From sequence record NC_017972.1: a stretch of 64,000 bases of DNA. One strand, given 5' to 3'. The notes under the pieces were generated by a model that saw nothing but the letters and a program-made list of their open reading frames with translations, did not search any database and was not told the DNA's origin. Made by a program: the position numbers and the translations under genes. Positions 1 through 7,890 of this stretch are shown in pieces (positions within the stretch are counted from its first letter, which is position 1; the number at the start of each line of letters is the position of its first letter).

Positions 1-204
1 AAATTTGAAGGCAGCACCGTAGCCGTCACCGACGAACACGGCGTTGTTTCCTATATCGACCTGTCGAGCGGCGATCACGAAATTCGTGCAGCCGATGCCG
101 AAGGTTCGCAAGCCTCGGGCCGTGGCGCCAAGGCTGATAAAGGTGACGGCAAGAAGAAAGCCAAAGTCACCGATATCAAAGAAGGCAAAAAGAAAAAAAA
201 GTAA
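1..204 (+). CDS. 3' end of a hypothetical protein with a Lys-rich C-terminus (partial, enters from the left edge)
   Basis: Frame 1 is open from base 1: KFEGSTVAVTDEHGVVSYIDLSSGDHEIR...KEGKKKKK, with TAA at 202-204. Not in the ORF track, which shows only a shadow ORF here. Confidence 0.75.
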   Translation, partial: KFEGSTVAVTDEHGVVSYIDLSSGDHEIRAADAEGSQASGRGAKADKGDGKKKAKVTDIKEGKKKKK

Positions 205-257
205 CGAACACTCGTTACGAAGGCGACCTTGACTAAGGTTCTGGTCGCCACCTGCTT

Positions 258-270
258 AAAACTGTAAATA
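258..270 (+). promoter_or_regulatory. AAWACTGTAAATR motif copy 1 (putative phage promoter)
   Basis: AAAACTGTAAATA, intergenic, upstream of the gene at 397. Confidence 0.65.
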
Positions 271-335
271 CATAGTAAGAGCGAACGATTCAGCGAAGGC
301 GCCACTGATAGCCGCCTAGCCGGACACCGCCATAC

Positions 336-348
336 AAAACTGTAAATA
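336..348 (+). promoter_or_regulatory. AAWACTGTAAATR motif copy 2
   Basis: AAAACTGTAAATA, 78 bp after copy 1. Confidence 0.65.
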
Positions 349-396
349 CAGTGTAGATACACCAACTAAACCCAATCGATAAGTCTGGAGTTTCAA

Positions 397-876
397 ATGG
401 CAAAGGCAAAAAACAGCAAGAAAGGCAAGAACAAAGCAGCCCCGGAAATTTCCGCTGATCTGATGAACCTGATCAATCTGGACGTGCTGCAAATCGTTCT
501 GCAAGCCCTGCAAGACGCCGGTTGCGAAACCGCCGAGGATATGATCGGCGCCGTTGGCATGATGCAGGAAAAGCGTGAAGAAGAAGACGAAGACGAAGAC
601 GAAGAGGAAGAAGACGAAGACGAAGACGAAGAGGAAGAAGACGAGGACGAAGAAGACGAGGACGAAGAAGACGAGGACGAAGAAGACGAGGACGAAGAAG
701 ACGAGGACGAAGACGAAGAAGACGAAGACGAAGACGAAGACGAAGAAGACGAGGATGAAGACGAAGACGAAGAAGACGAAGAGGACGAAGAGGACGAAGA
801 CGAAGACGAAGACGAAGAAGACGAAGAGGACGAGGATGAAGACGAGGATGAAGAAGACGAAGACGACGACGAATAA
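397..876 (+). CDS. Hyperacidic protein: 60-aa N-terminal domain plus a 99-residue pure D/E tract
   Basis: GGAG RBS before the ATG; residues 61-159 are exclusively Asp/Glu; a terminator follows. Confidence 0.9.
   Translation: MAKAKNSKKGKNKAAPEISADLMNLINLDVLQIVLQALQDAGCETAEDMIGAVGMMQEKREEEDEDEDEEEEDEDEDEEEEDEDEEDEDEEDEDEEDEDEEDEDEDEEDEDEDEDEEDEDEDEDEEDEEDEEDEDEDEDEEDEEDEDEDEDEEDEDDDE
577..873 (+). repeat. Low-complexity GAA/GAG/GAC/GAT codon tract
   Basis: 297 nt of Asp/Glu codons with recurring units such as GACGAAGAAGACGAG. Confidence 0.9.
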
Positions 877-926
877 GTCGGACTTCGCTTGACCTTCTGA
901 CTTCGATTCTCGAACAGGAATATCTA

Positions 927-957
927 GGAACCCGGACAACCGCATCCGGGTTTCTTT
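927..957 (+). terminator. Intrinsic terminator
   Basis: GGAACCCGGA-caaccgca-TCCGGGTTTC followed by TTT. Confidence 0.7.
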
Positions 958-1000
958 CTGCCCAAATTCAGCTTTTTAAAAAACCAAGGAAATTTTCGAC

Positions 1001-1534
1001 ATGGCAAAGAATGACGTAACCATCAACGGTAAACAGGAAATCTCCCGTCTGCGCAAACAAGAGCGCGCACTGGAAGCCACTCAGAAAGCAAACGAGAAAG
1101 TAGCCGACGCGGTTAACTCGCAGCTGGAAGAAGTGCGCGCCCAAATCAACGCCGTTGAAGGCAAGCTGGGCGGCGACGAAGCCCCAGCAAAAGGCAAAGC
1201 CAAAGCCGCCGCCAAGGCCCCTGCCAAAGCCGACAAGAAAGCCCCGGCCAAAGGCAAAGCCAAAGCCGAAGAAAAACCGGCTAAAGGCAAGAAATCTACC
1301 AAGGAAGAAGAGAAGCCTGCTAAAGGCAAGAAAACTGCCAAGGTAGAAGAAAAGCCTGCCAAGAAAGCCAAGAAAGAAAAGGCCGAAGAAAAACCGGCCA
1401 AGAAGGACAAGAAAGCCAAGGCCGAAGAAAAGGCCCCGAAAAAGTCCAAGAAAGCCGACAAGGCCGAAAAGGGCGGCAAGAAGTCCAAAAAGAAAGAAGG
1501 CAAATCCAAAAAAGACTTTGACGATTTCGAGTAA
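1001..1534 (+). CDS. Histone H1-like Lys/Ala-rich DNA-binding protein with an N-terminal coiled coil
   Basis: Repeated AKGKAKA and EEKPAK units; ends KKDFDDFE; a terminator follows. Confidence 0.8.
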   Translation: MAKNDVTINGKQEISRLRKQERALEATQKANEKVADAVNSQLEEVRAQINAVEGKLGGDEAPAKGKAKAAAKAPAKADKKAPAKGKAKAEEKPAKGKKSTKEEEKPAKGKKTAKVEEKPAKKAKKEKAEEKPAKKDKKAKAEEKAPKKSKKADKAEKGGKKSKKKEGKSKKDFDDFE

Positions 1535-1558
1535 TCGTTAAGCTCTACTGAGTTAGGG

Positions 1559-1582
1559 AAGGGGGCTATGCCCCCTTTTCTT
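1559..1582 (+). terminator. Intrinsic terminator
   Basis: AAGGGGGC-TAT-GCCCCCTT followed by TTCTT. Confidence 0.85.
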
Positions 1583-1584
1583 GT

Positions 1585-2364
1585 ATGCACTGGCTGCATT
1601 CAGTTGACCAGATCATCTACCGCTTAGGCTCTGCGTGTTTCACCTACACCGAATTTGCGCGTTTGCTTTATGAGCTGCGCGAAGATCGTAGGCACGCATT
1701 GGCTATGGCGCACGCTGAGTCACACCGTAGCGGTTCGCGGCAGACTCTATCTACGGAAGTTGTAAAAGACAAAGAAGAAACACAAGCGAATAAGCTAAGA
1801 GCGCAGGCCACTATCCTTGAGGATGGCGCCCGCAATTTAATTGCGCTGCCCGCTCTGTACGCTGCCCGCCTTGAACTTAAATCTATTGAGTTCATCCTCA
1901 CGCAAGTTGAACCTCACGTTAGAAATATCCCCTTTGCTTTCCAAGAATGCCAGCAGCTGGAAAACACTCTAGCGCTGTTGTGGAAATACCACTTGGAAAT
2001 GCGCACGTACAATCAGCCTACCTTCGATACCCTTTCCGAAATCTCCGCAAGGGGATTGGTCTGTCCGAATTTGTCCAATTGGGAAATTTCCCGTGACAAT
2101 TTCCTGAACAATTACAGTTCCAGTTCTATCGCAACGCATAAGCTTCTGCGGACCACTGACCTGCACGGCTTCTACGCGCTGACAATAGAGCATCTGAAAG
2201 CAGACGACGATTTGCTGATTGCAAAATACACGGAAGCCTTGACTGATGAATACAGCTCGCAAGCCGTTCTCGGTTTACCACCAACAGGCATACGAACTTT
2301 TGCAACAGCTAAAGGCCTTGAAGGACGAAGTTCTGGTTTACCAGACGGTCCCGCACGACCTTAG
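1585..2364 (+). CDS. Hypothetical protein (259 aa)
   Basis: Long ORF, co-oriented with its neighbours; overlaps the next ORF by 119 nt. Confidence 0.65.
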   Translation: MHWLHSVDQIIYRLGSACFTYTEFARLLYELREDRRHALAMAHAESHRSGSRQTLSTEVVKDKEETQANKLRAQATILEDGARNLIALPALYAARLELKSIEFILTQVEPHVRNIPFAFQECQQLENTLALLWKYHLEMRTYNQPTFDTLSEISARGLVCPNLSNWEISRDNFLNNYSSSSIATHKLLRTTDLHGFYALTIEHLKADDDLLIAKYTEALTDEYSSQAVLGLPPTGIRTFATAKGLEGRSSGLPDGPARP

Positions 2365-2569
2365 CATTTTCACGTTTGTTGCCTCGCTACGTACCACTGA
2401 TCCAGACGGAATTTCAATCGTTTACGAAGTGACTGTAAATGAAGAGAAGATACGCCTGATCGACGACCTGCCTGTCGAAGTTCTGGCGGCATACGGAATG
2501 TTCGTCAAGTATGTGGAAGACTGGAAAAATGGTGGCGTACTGCACGAACTACTTAGACACGATGATTAG
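2246..2569 (+). CDS. Hypothetical protein (107 aa)
   Basis: ORF whose stop overlaps the start of the next gene; the start is uncertain. Confidence 0.6.
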   Translation: MNTARKPFSVYHQQAYELLQQLKALKDEVLVYQTVPHDLSIFTFVASLRTTDPDGISIVYEVTVNEEKIRLIDDLPVEVLAAYGMFVKYVEDWKNGGVLHELLRHDD

Positions 2570-3221
2570 TTATTTCAGCTGTGGGTGCCACGCGACCGGC
2601 GACATTCCCACGCTGAGCCGCTGCGAAGAGCACGACGGTTATGTGGTTGTCTGTCACAACCAAAATATCAGCGAGCGCAGATTCTCCAACGAAGTCGGCA
2701 CCGTCTGGCAAGGCACGCTGCTGCATAGCCTGCGCAAATTGAAAGACGCCCAATTTTCGTATGTGTTCGCTTACCCCGAGCATCATGTGCTCAACGCCAT
2801 GAATTGGATTACCCCGCGTGCGTGGCGTGATGCAAGCATGGAAATGATGCGCCACCTAAAGCGCGTTTTAAAACCCGGCGGCTATATCAGTTTCATCGTA
2901 GACCCTAGCGTTGCCCACACGGTAATCTATCAGGCCTACAAGCTTGGCATGAGCGTTGACGTAAAGCCGCCAACGTTTGAGTATTTTGCCAAGCAGCCGT
3001 ATAGCGAATTGTCGTTTGCTTTCGCCGACGCGAAAATACGGCTGATCGTTTACACCGAACACCGCTCCCCGATTCCCGCTAGCGGCTCTGCCGTGCTGGA
3101 CATTAGCGGGATCAAGGTTGATCGCGTTCTGCGCCGAAAGAAAAATAACAAATTGTTGGTGCTGGCCGGGCACCCTAAGCAGTTTGAGATTGTGCAGAAG
3201 CGCCTTAGCCAAGAGGCCTAA
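2562..3221 (+). CDS. Degenerate beta-class N6/N4 DNA methyltransferase-like protein
   Basis: GTLLHSLRKLKDAQFSYVFAYP and HLKRVLKPGGYISF echo GDCLELLKKLPDxSIDLIITDPPY and xRVLKPGG; the catalytic DPPY and FxGxG motifs are not intact. Confidence 0.5.
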   Translation: MISYFSCGCHATGDIPTLSRCEEHDGYVVVCHNQNISERRFSNEVGTVWQGTLLHSLRKLKDAQFSYVFAYPEHHVLNAMNWITPRAWRDASMEMMRHLKRVLKPGGYISFIVDPSVAHTVIYQAYKLGMSVDVKPPTFEYFAKQPYSELSFAFADAKIRLIVYTEHRSPIPASGSAVLDISGIKVDRVLRRKKNNKLLVLAGHPKQFEIVQKRLSQEA

Positions 3222-3224
3222 GCT

Positions 3225-3884
3225 ATGGCGATAAAAAAGATCAAAACCCAGTCCGTGAAAAAGAAGCGGACGACAACAAAGCCTAAGAAATCCCAAGCCA
3301 TTCGCGATGCGGAAAAAGCTAAGGAACGTAAGCAGAAAAGCAAAGCTGCGCCGTTGCGTTCCTCGATCCGCGTCAAGGTGCAGGGTATTCCGTACAAGCT
3401 GCGGAAATTTGAAAACCTCGGCGCCCGGAAATTGCCCGAGTCGTATTACACGATGCAGGGCCAGAGCCTCAAATCTCTGATCCGCAACACGCCTAGACTT
3501 TTCATAAATAATGCCGTGGACGTAGAGCCACACCGGATGCCCAAGCGTTCGTTTACCAAAGGCGGCAAGCCTGCGGTCAAAGGCATTATGTGGACAAACG
3601 ATCCGTTCCGACCTGATCGCGTGCGGCGTTACCACGAAACCTACATCGTCGGCCTCGATTTGAATGGTGAGGAAAAACCACTCTACAAGCACAAGAAAGT
3701 TCTTGTGCAATGTACGTGCGAATCCTACATCTACACTTACGAGTATGCGAACGCATGGCACGGAGCTGCATACCTGATTTATTCTAACGGTGAGCCGCCC
3801 GTGTGGATGAACCCGGCGTTTTCTCCGGGCATGTGCAAACACCTGATTGCGCTGTCCAAAATCGTTATCGAAAATAATCTGTGA
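3225..3884 (+). CDS. SWIM-type zinc-finger protein with a basic N-terminus
   Basis: VQCTCESY...GMCKHLIAL (CxC...CxH). Confidence 0.65.
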   Translation: MAIKKIKTQSVKKKRTTTKPKKSQAIRDAEKAKERKQKSKAAPLRSSIRVKVQGIPYKLRKFENLGARKLPESYYTMQGQSLKSLIRNTPRLFINNAVDVEPHRMPKRSFTKGGKPAVKGIMWTNDPFRPDRVRRYHETYIVGLDLNGEEKPLYKHKKVLVQCTCESYIYTYEYANAWHGAAYLIYSNGEPPVWMNPAFSPGMCKHLIALSKIVIENNL

Positions 3885-3891
3885 GGAAAAC

Positions 3892-4344
3892 ATGGAACTT
3901 CTGCAACGCATTACCGGCGACCGTGCCCTTGCCCGCGTCGGCACCGAAAAAGATACCTACCAGCTGCTGACCCGCATTATCGGTGACTACGAGCTGGGCG
4001 CCAAAGCGAAGAAACCAAAAACTGGTGACACTCCGCTGATCGAAATCATTCGCGGCCTGATGGCGGGCAATACCGAAACCATCGGCCTGCTGCAAAAGAC
4101 TCAAGCAACCGAAGAAAATGCTGCGCAGATTCGCCGTCTGCAAAACCAGAATGTTCTGCTGGGCAAATACCTGCCAACCATGCTGACCGATGCGGAAATC
4201 GAAGAGATTCTGCTGTCGCAGCTGGAAGCCGGTCCGGTTTCTATCGGTGATTTCCAGAAGTTCATGCGCGAACATTACCTCAACAAATTCAAGCCGGGCA
4301 CCGTCGCGCAGATTTACACTGCCAACGCCCAAAAGGCTGAGTGA
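3892..4344 (+). CDS. YqeY/GatB-like protein
   Basis: NVLLGKYLPTMLTDAEIEEIL...IGDFQKFM matches the YqeY pattern; GAGG RBS. Confidence 0.75.
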   Translation: MELLQRITGDRALARVGTEKDTYQLLTRIIGDYELGAKAKKPKTGDTPLIEIIRGLMAGNTETIGLLQKTQATEENAAQIRRLQNQNVLLGKYLPTMLTDAEIEEILLSQLEAGPVSIGDFQKFMREHYLNKFKPGTVAQIYTANAQKAE

Positions 4345-4556
4345 GCGTAACGCGCCCGCGCACCACACCTTGCATAGGTCGTTGCTCTCACAATGTTGGG
4401 GACGAAATATGCAAGGGGTGCAAAAGAACAATTGCAGAAGTTCGGGATTGGAATACATATTCTCCCGACGAAAAAATGCAAAAGATGGAAGAGTTGAAGT
4501 TGCGGTCTAGCTCGCTGATCGCGACAGACAAACCGATTATTTCGTGGGACGATTGA
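4341..4556 (+). CDS. DUF1289 family Cys-rich protein
   Basis: TPCIGRCS...ICKGCKRTIAEVRDWNTYS. Confidence 0.85.
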   Translation: MSVTRPRTTPCIGRCSHNVGDEICKGCKRTIAEVRDWNTYSPDEKMQKMEELKLRSSSLIATDKPIISWDD

Positions 4557-4557
4557 C

Positions 4558-4722
4558 ATGCGAAGCAGACAGCGCGGCTTCATCGATTTCTCTGGCATCG
4601 GCACCTTCCTGATCGGCGTCGGCCTCGCAGCCGGGGTTGTGATCGGTGGGATTATTTTCGTGGGCATTCCGTGGGCGTGGCAGTACGTCAAGCCGTGGAT
4701 TCACCAGATTACTGCGGGGTAA
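4558..4722 (+). CDS. Small membrane protein (54 aa) with a prepilin-like QRG/F leader
   Basis: Translated by hand: MRSRQRGFIDFSGIGTFLIGVGLAAGVVIGGIIFVGIPWAWQYVKPWIHQITAG; exactly fills the gap between its neighbours; below the ORF-track cutoff. Confidence 0.75.
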   Translation: MRSRQRGFIDFSGIGTFLIGVGLAAGVVIGGIIFVGIPWAWQYVKPWIHQITAG

Positions 4723-4725
4723 GAA

Positions 4726-5262
4726 ATGAAATACCAAAGTGAACAAATTGAAATCGACGCAATGCTCAAACTGTTCCCCGAGGACATTGCAATTCAAATC
4801 GTGGTGAACGACGACGTTCCGCGTGTGAATGGCCGTCCGATTTCTGAGCAAGAATTCTTTGAAACCGCTTCTACGGAAAAGCTGGCAATTGCCGCTGCCG
4901 TGCGCGGCGTCAAAAAGCTGATCCGTAACAAGGCCCGCGTGAAAACTCTGTTCCTGCGCCCGATGCTTGTGACCGAGCGCGCCGACAAACAATTCACCTG
5001 TTTCATTTCTGCCGCTGTTGTGCTCAAACTTCCACAAGTTGATTTCAGTAAAGCGCTGCTCGCTCTGAAAAATGGTGAGACTGTTCGCCGCGCTGGCTGG
5101 AACGGAGCTAACCAACACGTTTACATGGATGTTTTCGACCGCGACGGCGAATATCTGGAACCGTGTTTCGTGCTGCATAATGCCCAAGGCAAACGCCAGC
5201 CGGGTTGGGTGCCTTCGATGGGCGATATGCTGGCGCTTGATTGGGAAATTCTTCCCGCGTAA
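4726..5262 (+). CDS. DUF2829 (Tad2-like) domain protein with an N-terminal extension of about 105 aa
   Basis: DFSKALLALKNGETVRRAGWNG...GWVPSMGDMLALDWEI is the DUF2829 signature. Confidence 0.75.
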   Translation: MKYQSEQIEIDAMLKLFPEDIAIQIVVNDDVPRVNGRPISEQEFFETASTEKLAIAAAVRGVKKLIRNKARVKTLFLRPMLVTERADKQFTCFISAAVVLKLPQVDFSKALLALKNGETVRRAGWNGANQHVYMDVFDRDGEYLEPCFVLHNAQGKRQPGWVPSMGDMLALDWEILPA

Positions 5263-5286
5263 ATGCGTAAACTGACAGGAGATTCT

Positions 5287-6297
5287 ATGTCTGCTGATAA
5301 GAACATGACGGGCGAACAAATTCAGCAGATTATGGACATGCTTCTGTACAAAGCGCTTGAGCCGCTGGTTTTGTACACGTCTGTTTTCGATGCGCAAGTG
5401 GAATATTTGCTCTGGCTGATTTCCACCAACCGCAAACGCAAACTTAGTTCACTTGAGCGCTCCACTGCCGTGAGTCGGCTGGCCGCTTACTTGAGTGTGC
5501 GGGACCGGCGCCAGCGTTTTGAGTTCGTGCGCACTGCCCGAGTCGAACGCTTTTTCATTCACAAATTTCTGACCACTTTCGTCGAGGCCAACGCGCACTA
5601 CGTCAAGCAGTACAAAGACTTTTTGCGTGAGCCTTCCGAAGAAAAGAAAATTGCCCTTGATCGTTACGCGTCACAGGTTGGACGATGCGAGCGCGGCAAT
5701 TTGTATGTCGCTTTGAAAATTTGCATGGCGTATCTGCAACGGTTTTATTCCTACCGAAACAGCATCGTCGGCCACTACGTCAAGATCGCGAACAAGTGGG
5801 CAAAAGCCCACATCACGCAGACCGGGCGTTCCAGCTACAAAGATTTGGTGCAGTCAATTATCAAGGCGGTAATCACCGCACTCGATAAATACGATAGTCG
5901 CAAAGGCGCGTTGACAACATACATTACTTTCTGGACAAAAAACGCAATGCGTTCGTCTAAGGAACATGAGTACGGCGTGGCTTACACCGTGCCTCAGTCC
6001 CAACGAAAGAAAATGTTTGAAGGCACCAGCAGCTCAATTAACTTCGGTGTCAGTTTAGATTCGCTTTACGCCGATGGCGAAGACGACGAAAACATGGCGC
6101 TACACGCTATCCTTTCGCACGACCGAACAATGGACGACGACATTGAGCGCGACGAATCCTGTTTGCTTGTGCAGCGGATGGCGAAAAAGGTTGACCCGCT
6201 TGGGGTGGCAAGACTGGCGCTGGATATTGGGGAATACTTCACGCCGCAAGAATGCGCAATCATGCAGGCACAGATGGTCGAGGAAGGGTTAGCATGA
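5287..6297 (+). CDS. Phage RNA polymerase sigma-70-like factor
   Basis: YKDLVQSIIKAVITALDKYDSRKGALTTYITFWTKNAM resembles sigma-70 region 2 (DLIQEG..GL.KAV.KFD..RG.KFSTYA.WWI); GGAG RBS before 5287. Confidence 0.8.
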   Translation: MSADKNMTGEQIQQIMDMLLYKALEPLVLYTSVFDAQVEYLLWLISTNRKRKLSSLERSTAVSRLAAYLSVRDRRQRFEFVRTARVERFFIHKFLTTFVEANAHYVKQYKDFLREPSEEKKIALDRYASQVGRCERGNLYVALKICMAYLQRFYSYRNSIVGHYVKIANKWAKAHITQTGRSSYKDLVQSIIKAVITALDKYDSRKGALTTYITFWTKNAMRSSKEHEYGVAYTVPQSQRKKMFEGTSSSINFGVSLDSLYADGEDDENMALHAILSHDRTMDDDIERDESCLLVQRMAKKVDPLGVARLALDIGEYFTPQECAIMQAQMVEEGLA

Positions 6298-6470
6298 CCG
6301 ACAAACAGGAACCGAAAGTAGTCGCAGTGGACTTCAAAAAACCCCGTGATGAAAACGGGAATGTTGTCGTTCACTCTTCACACTCAAAGCTTGCACAGCT
6401 GGACAAGCAACGCCTCTACGACGAAGCGCTCGCGCAGGTTCTTGAGCGGGCCAAGTCGCTAGACTGGTGA
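6294..6470 (+). CDS. Small hypothetical protein (58 aa)
   Basis: MTDKQEPKVVAVDF...; ATGA overlap with the sigma gene stop. Confidence 0.65.
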   Translation: MTDKQEPKVVAVDFKKPRDENGNVVVHSSHSKLAQLDKQRLYDEALAQVLERAKSLDW

Positions 6471-6477
6471 TGAATTC

Positions 6478-6490
6478 AAAACTGTAAATG
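6478..6490 (+). promoter_or_regulatory. AAWACTGTAAATR motif copy 3
   Basis: AAAACTGTAAATG, intergenic, about 50 nt upstream of the SSB-like gene. Confidence 0.65.
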
Positions 6491-6541
6491 GTGAGTATGG
6501 GCAATGCCCTATTCGCTTGACATAAACAAAGAGGAATTTTC

Positions 6542-7825
6542 ATGGGTGCGGCCTTCAAGGGTTTTAGCTCGATTAAAACCAAAAGCAGAAACGATGCGCT
6601 GAAACTGGATGACGTGATCGATATCATCACGCTGCCGAAAAACAAGTATTTCACTTTCCGTATTCTGCCGATCATGCCGCTGCATGTTCGCCAAGTGTGG
6701 ATCAAGCTGTGGGCCGGTGGTAAGGGTAAAGAAAAACGCGTTGTAAGCATTCCGCGTTACGCTATCAACTTCGATCCGAACAATCCAGAAAAACCAAAGA
6801 AAGGCGTTAAGTGCCCGTACATGGAACTGGCTGCGAAATTTGAAGGCCAGAAAGAAGCCCCAGTTCGCGCTGGTGACTTCTGGCTGTTCAACGTGATTGA
6901 CCGCGAAAAGCAGGACGAAGGTGCTCCGCGTAAATCGCCGCCGCCGTCGAAGTCGGAAAAGAAAACCGGTTTCAAAGATATCAACACCGAAACGTGGACC
7001 CCGGTTCGCGTTATGCGTCTGACTTCCACTTCGATCAACCGCCTGCAAGAGCTGTCCGAAGAAAATAGAGTCAAGGACAAGAAAACCAAGAAAACCGCGC
7101 AGTTCGACGCCTCCGATGCGCGTTACGGGTTCGACGTAAAAATCAAATTCAAACCTGATGCACCGGGCACTGATAAATACGCGCTCGATCCAGCTGGTGG
7201 CCCGTCGAAACTGACCGACGAAGAGCAAAGCTATCTGACGTGGAATCTGACCGAGGAACTGCTGGACGCAACCGGTCGTATGACCGAGGAAGCAGCCCGA
7301 GAAGATATCAAACGTATGGAAGTTGTCGGCGGCGAAGCTGTTGACGATGACGAAGACGAAGACGACGAAGATGATCGTCCGCGTAAGGGCAAAAAATCGA
7401 AATCGACCGCGCTGGACGATGACGATGACGATGACGACGAAGACGACAAGCCGAAGAAATCGAAAAAGTCCAAGGACAAGAAATCGTCCAAAGACGGCAA
7501 GAAATCCTCGAAGAAATCGTCCAAGCTCGATGACGACGATGACGACGATGACGACAACGACGAAGAGCCGAAGACGAAGAAATCGTCCAAGTCGAAAGAC
7601 AAGGTGAAGAAATCGTCCAAGGACTCCGACAAGAAATCCTCGAAGTCCTCGAAGGAAAAGTCGTCCAAGAAATCCAAAAAAGACGAAGACGAAAAGCCGA
7701 AGAAATCCTCCAAGGACAAAGCCGGTAAATCCTCCAAGTCTAAGAAAGACGAAGGCGGCGCCAAGAAGAAAGCCAAGAAGACTCCGAGCAAAAAGAAAAA
7801 GTCTGATTGGGATGACGACGAGTAA
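6542..7825 (+). CDS. ssb: gp32-like single-stranded DNA-binding protein with a long acidic/basic tail
   Basis: FRILP, FNVIDR and YGFDVKIK..Y patterns of phage gp32-type SSBs; sits directly upstream of the recombinase; poly-D and K/S tail. Confidence 0.6.
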   Translation: MGAAFKGFSSIKTKSRNDALKLDDVIDIITLPKNKYFTFRILPIMPLHVRQVWIKLWAGGKGKEKRVVSIPRYAINFDPNNPEKPKKGVKCPYMELAAKFEGQKEAPVRAGDFWLFNVIDREKQDEGAPRKSPPPSKSEKKTGFKDINTETWTPVRVMRLTSTSINRLQELSEENRVKDKKTKKTAQFDASDARYGFDVKIKFKPDAPGTDKYALDPAGGPSKLTDEEQSYLTWNLTEELLDATGRMTEEAAREDIKRMEVVGGEAVDDDEDEDDEDDRPRKGKKSKSTALDDDDDDDDEDDKPKKSKKSKDKKSSKDGKKSSKKSSKLDDDDDDDDDNDEEPKTKKSSKSKDKVKKSSKDSDKKSSKSSKEKSSKKSKKDEDEKPKKSSKDKAGKSSKSKKDEGGAKKKAKKTPSKKKKSDWDDDE

Positions 7826-7840
7826 TTAGTCGTTAGTCAT

Positions 7841-7870
7841 GGGGGCCTCCCTGTAGGCCCCCTTTCTTTT
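7841..7870 (+). terminator. Intrinsic terminator
   Basis: GGGGGCCT-ccctgt-AGGCCCCC followed by TTTCTTTT. Confidence 0.85.
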
Positions 7871-7890
7871 CTTCCACCTATGGGAATCGT

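Noticed and set aside
577-873. Repeat tract as a CRISPR array or diversity-generating element
   Set aside because: No repeat-spacer periodicity; it is simply in-frame Asp/Glu codons.
316-945. 209-aa hydrophobic F/V/L ORF on the minus strand and the K/T-rich ORF 575-892
   Set aside because: Both are shadows of the GAA/GAC tract; the D/E frame has the RBS, promoter motif and terminator.
1081-1599. Minus-strand hydrophobic ORF opposite the H1-like gene
   Set aside because: Antisense shadow of Lys/Ala codons.
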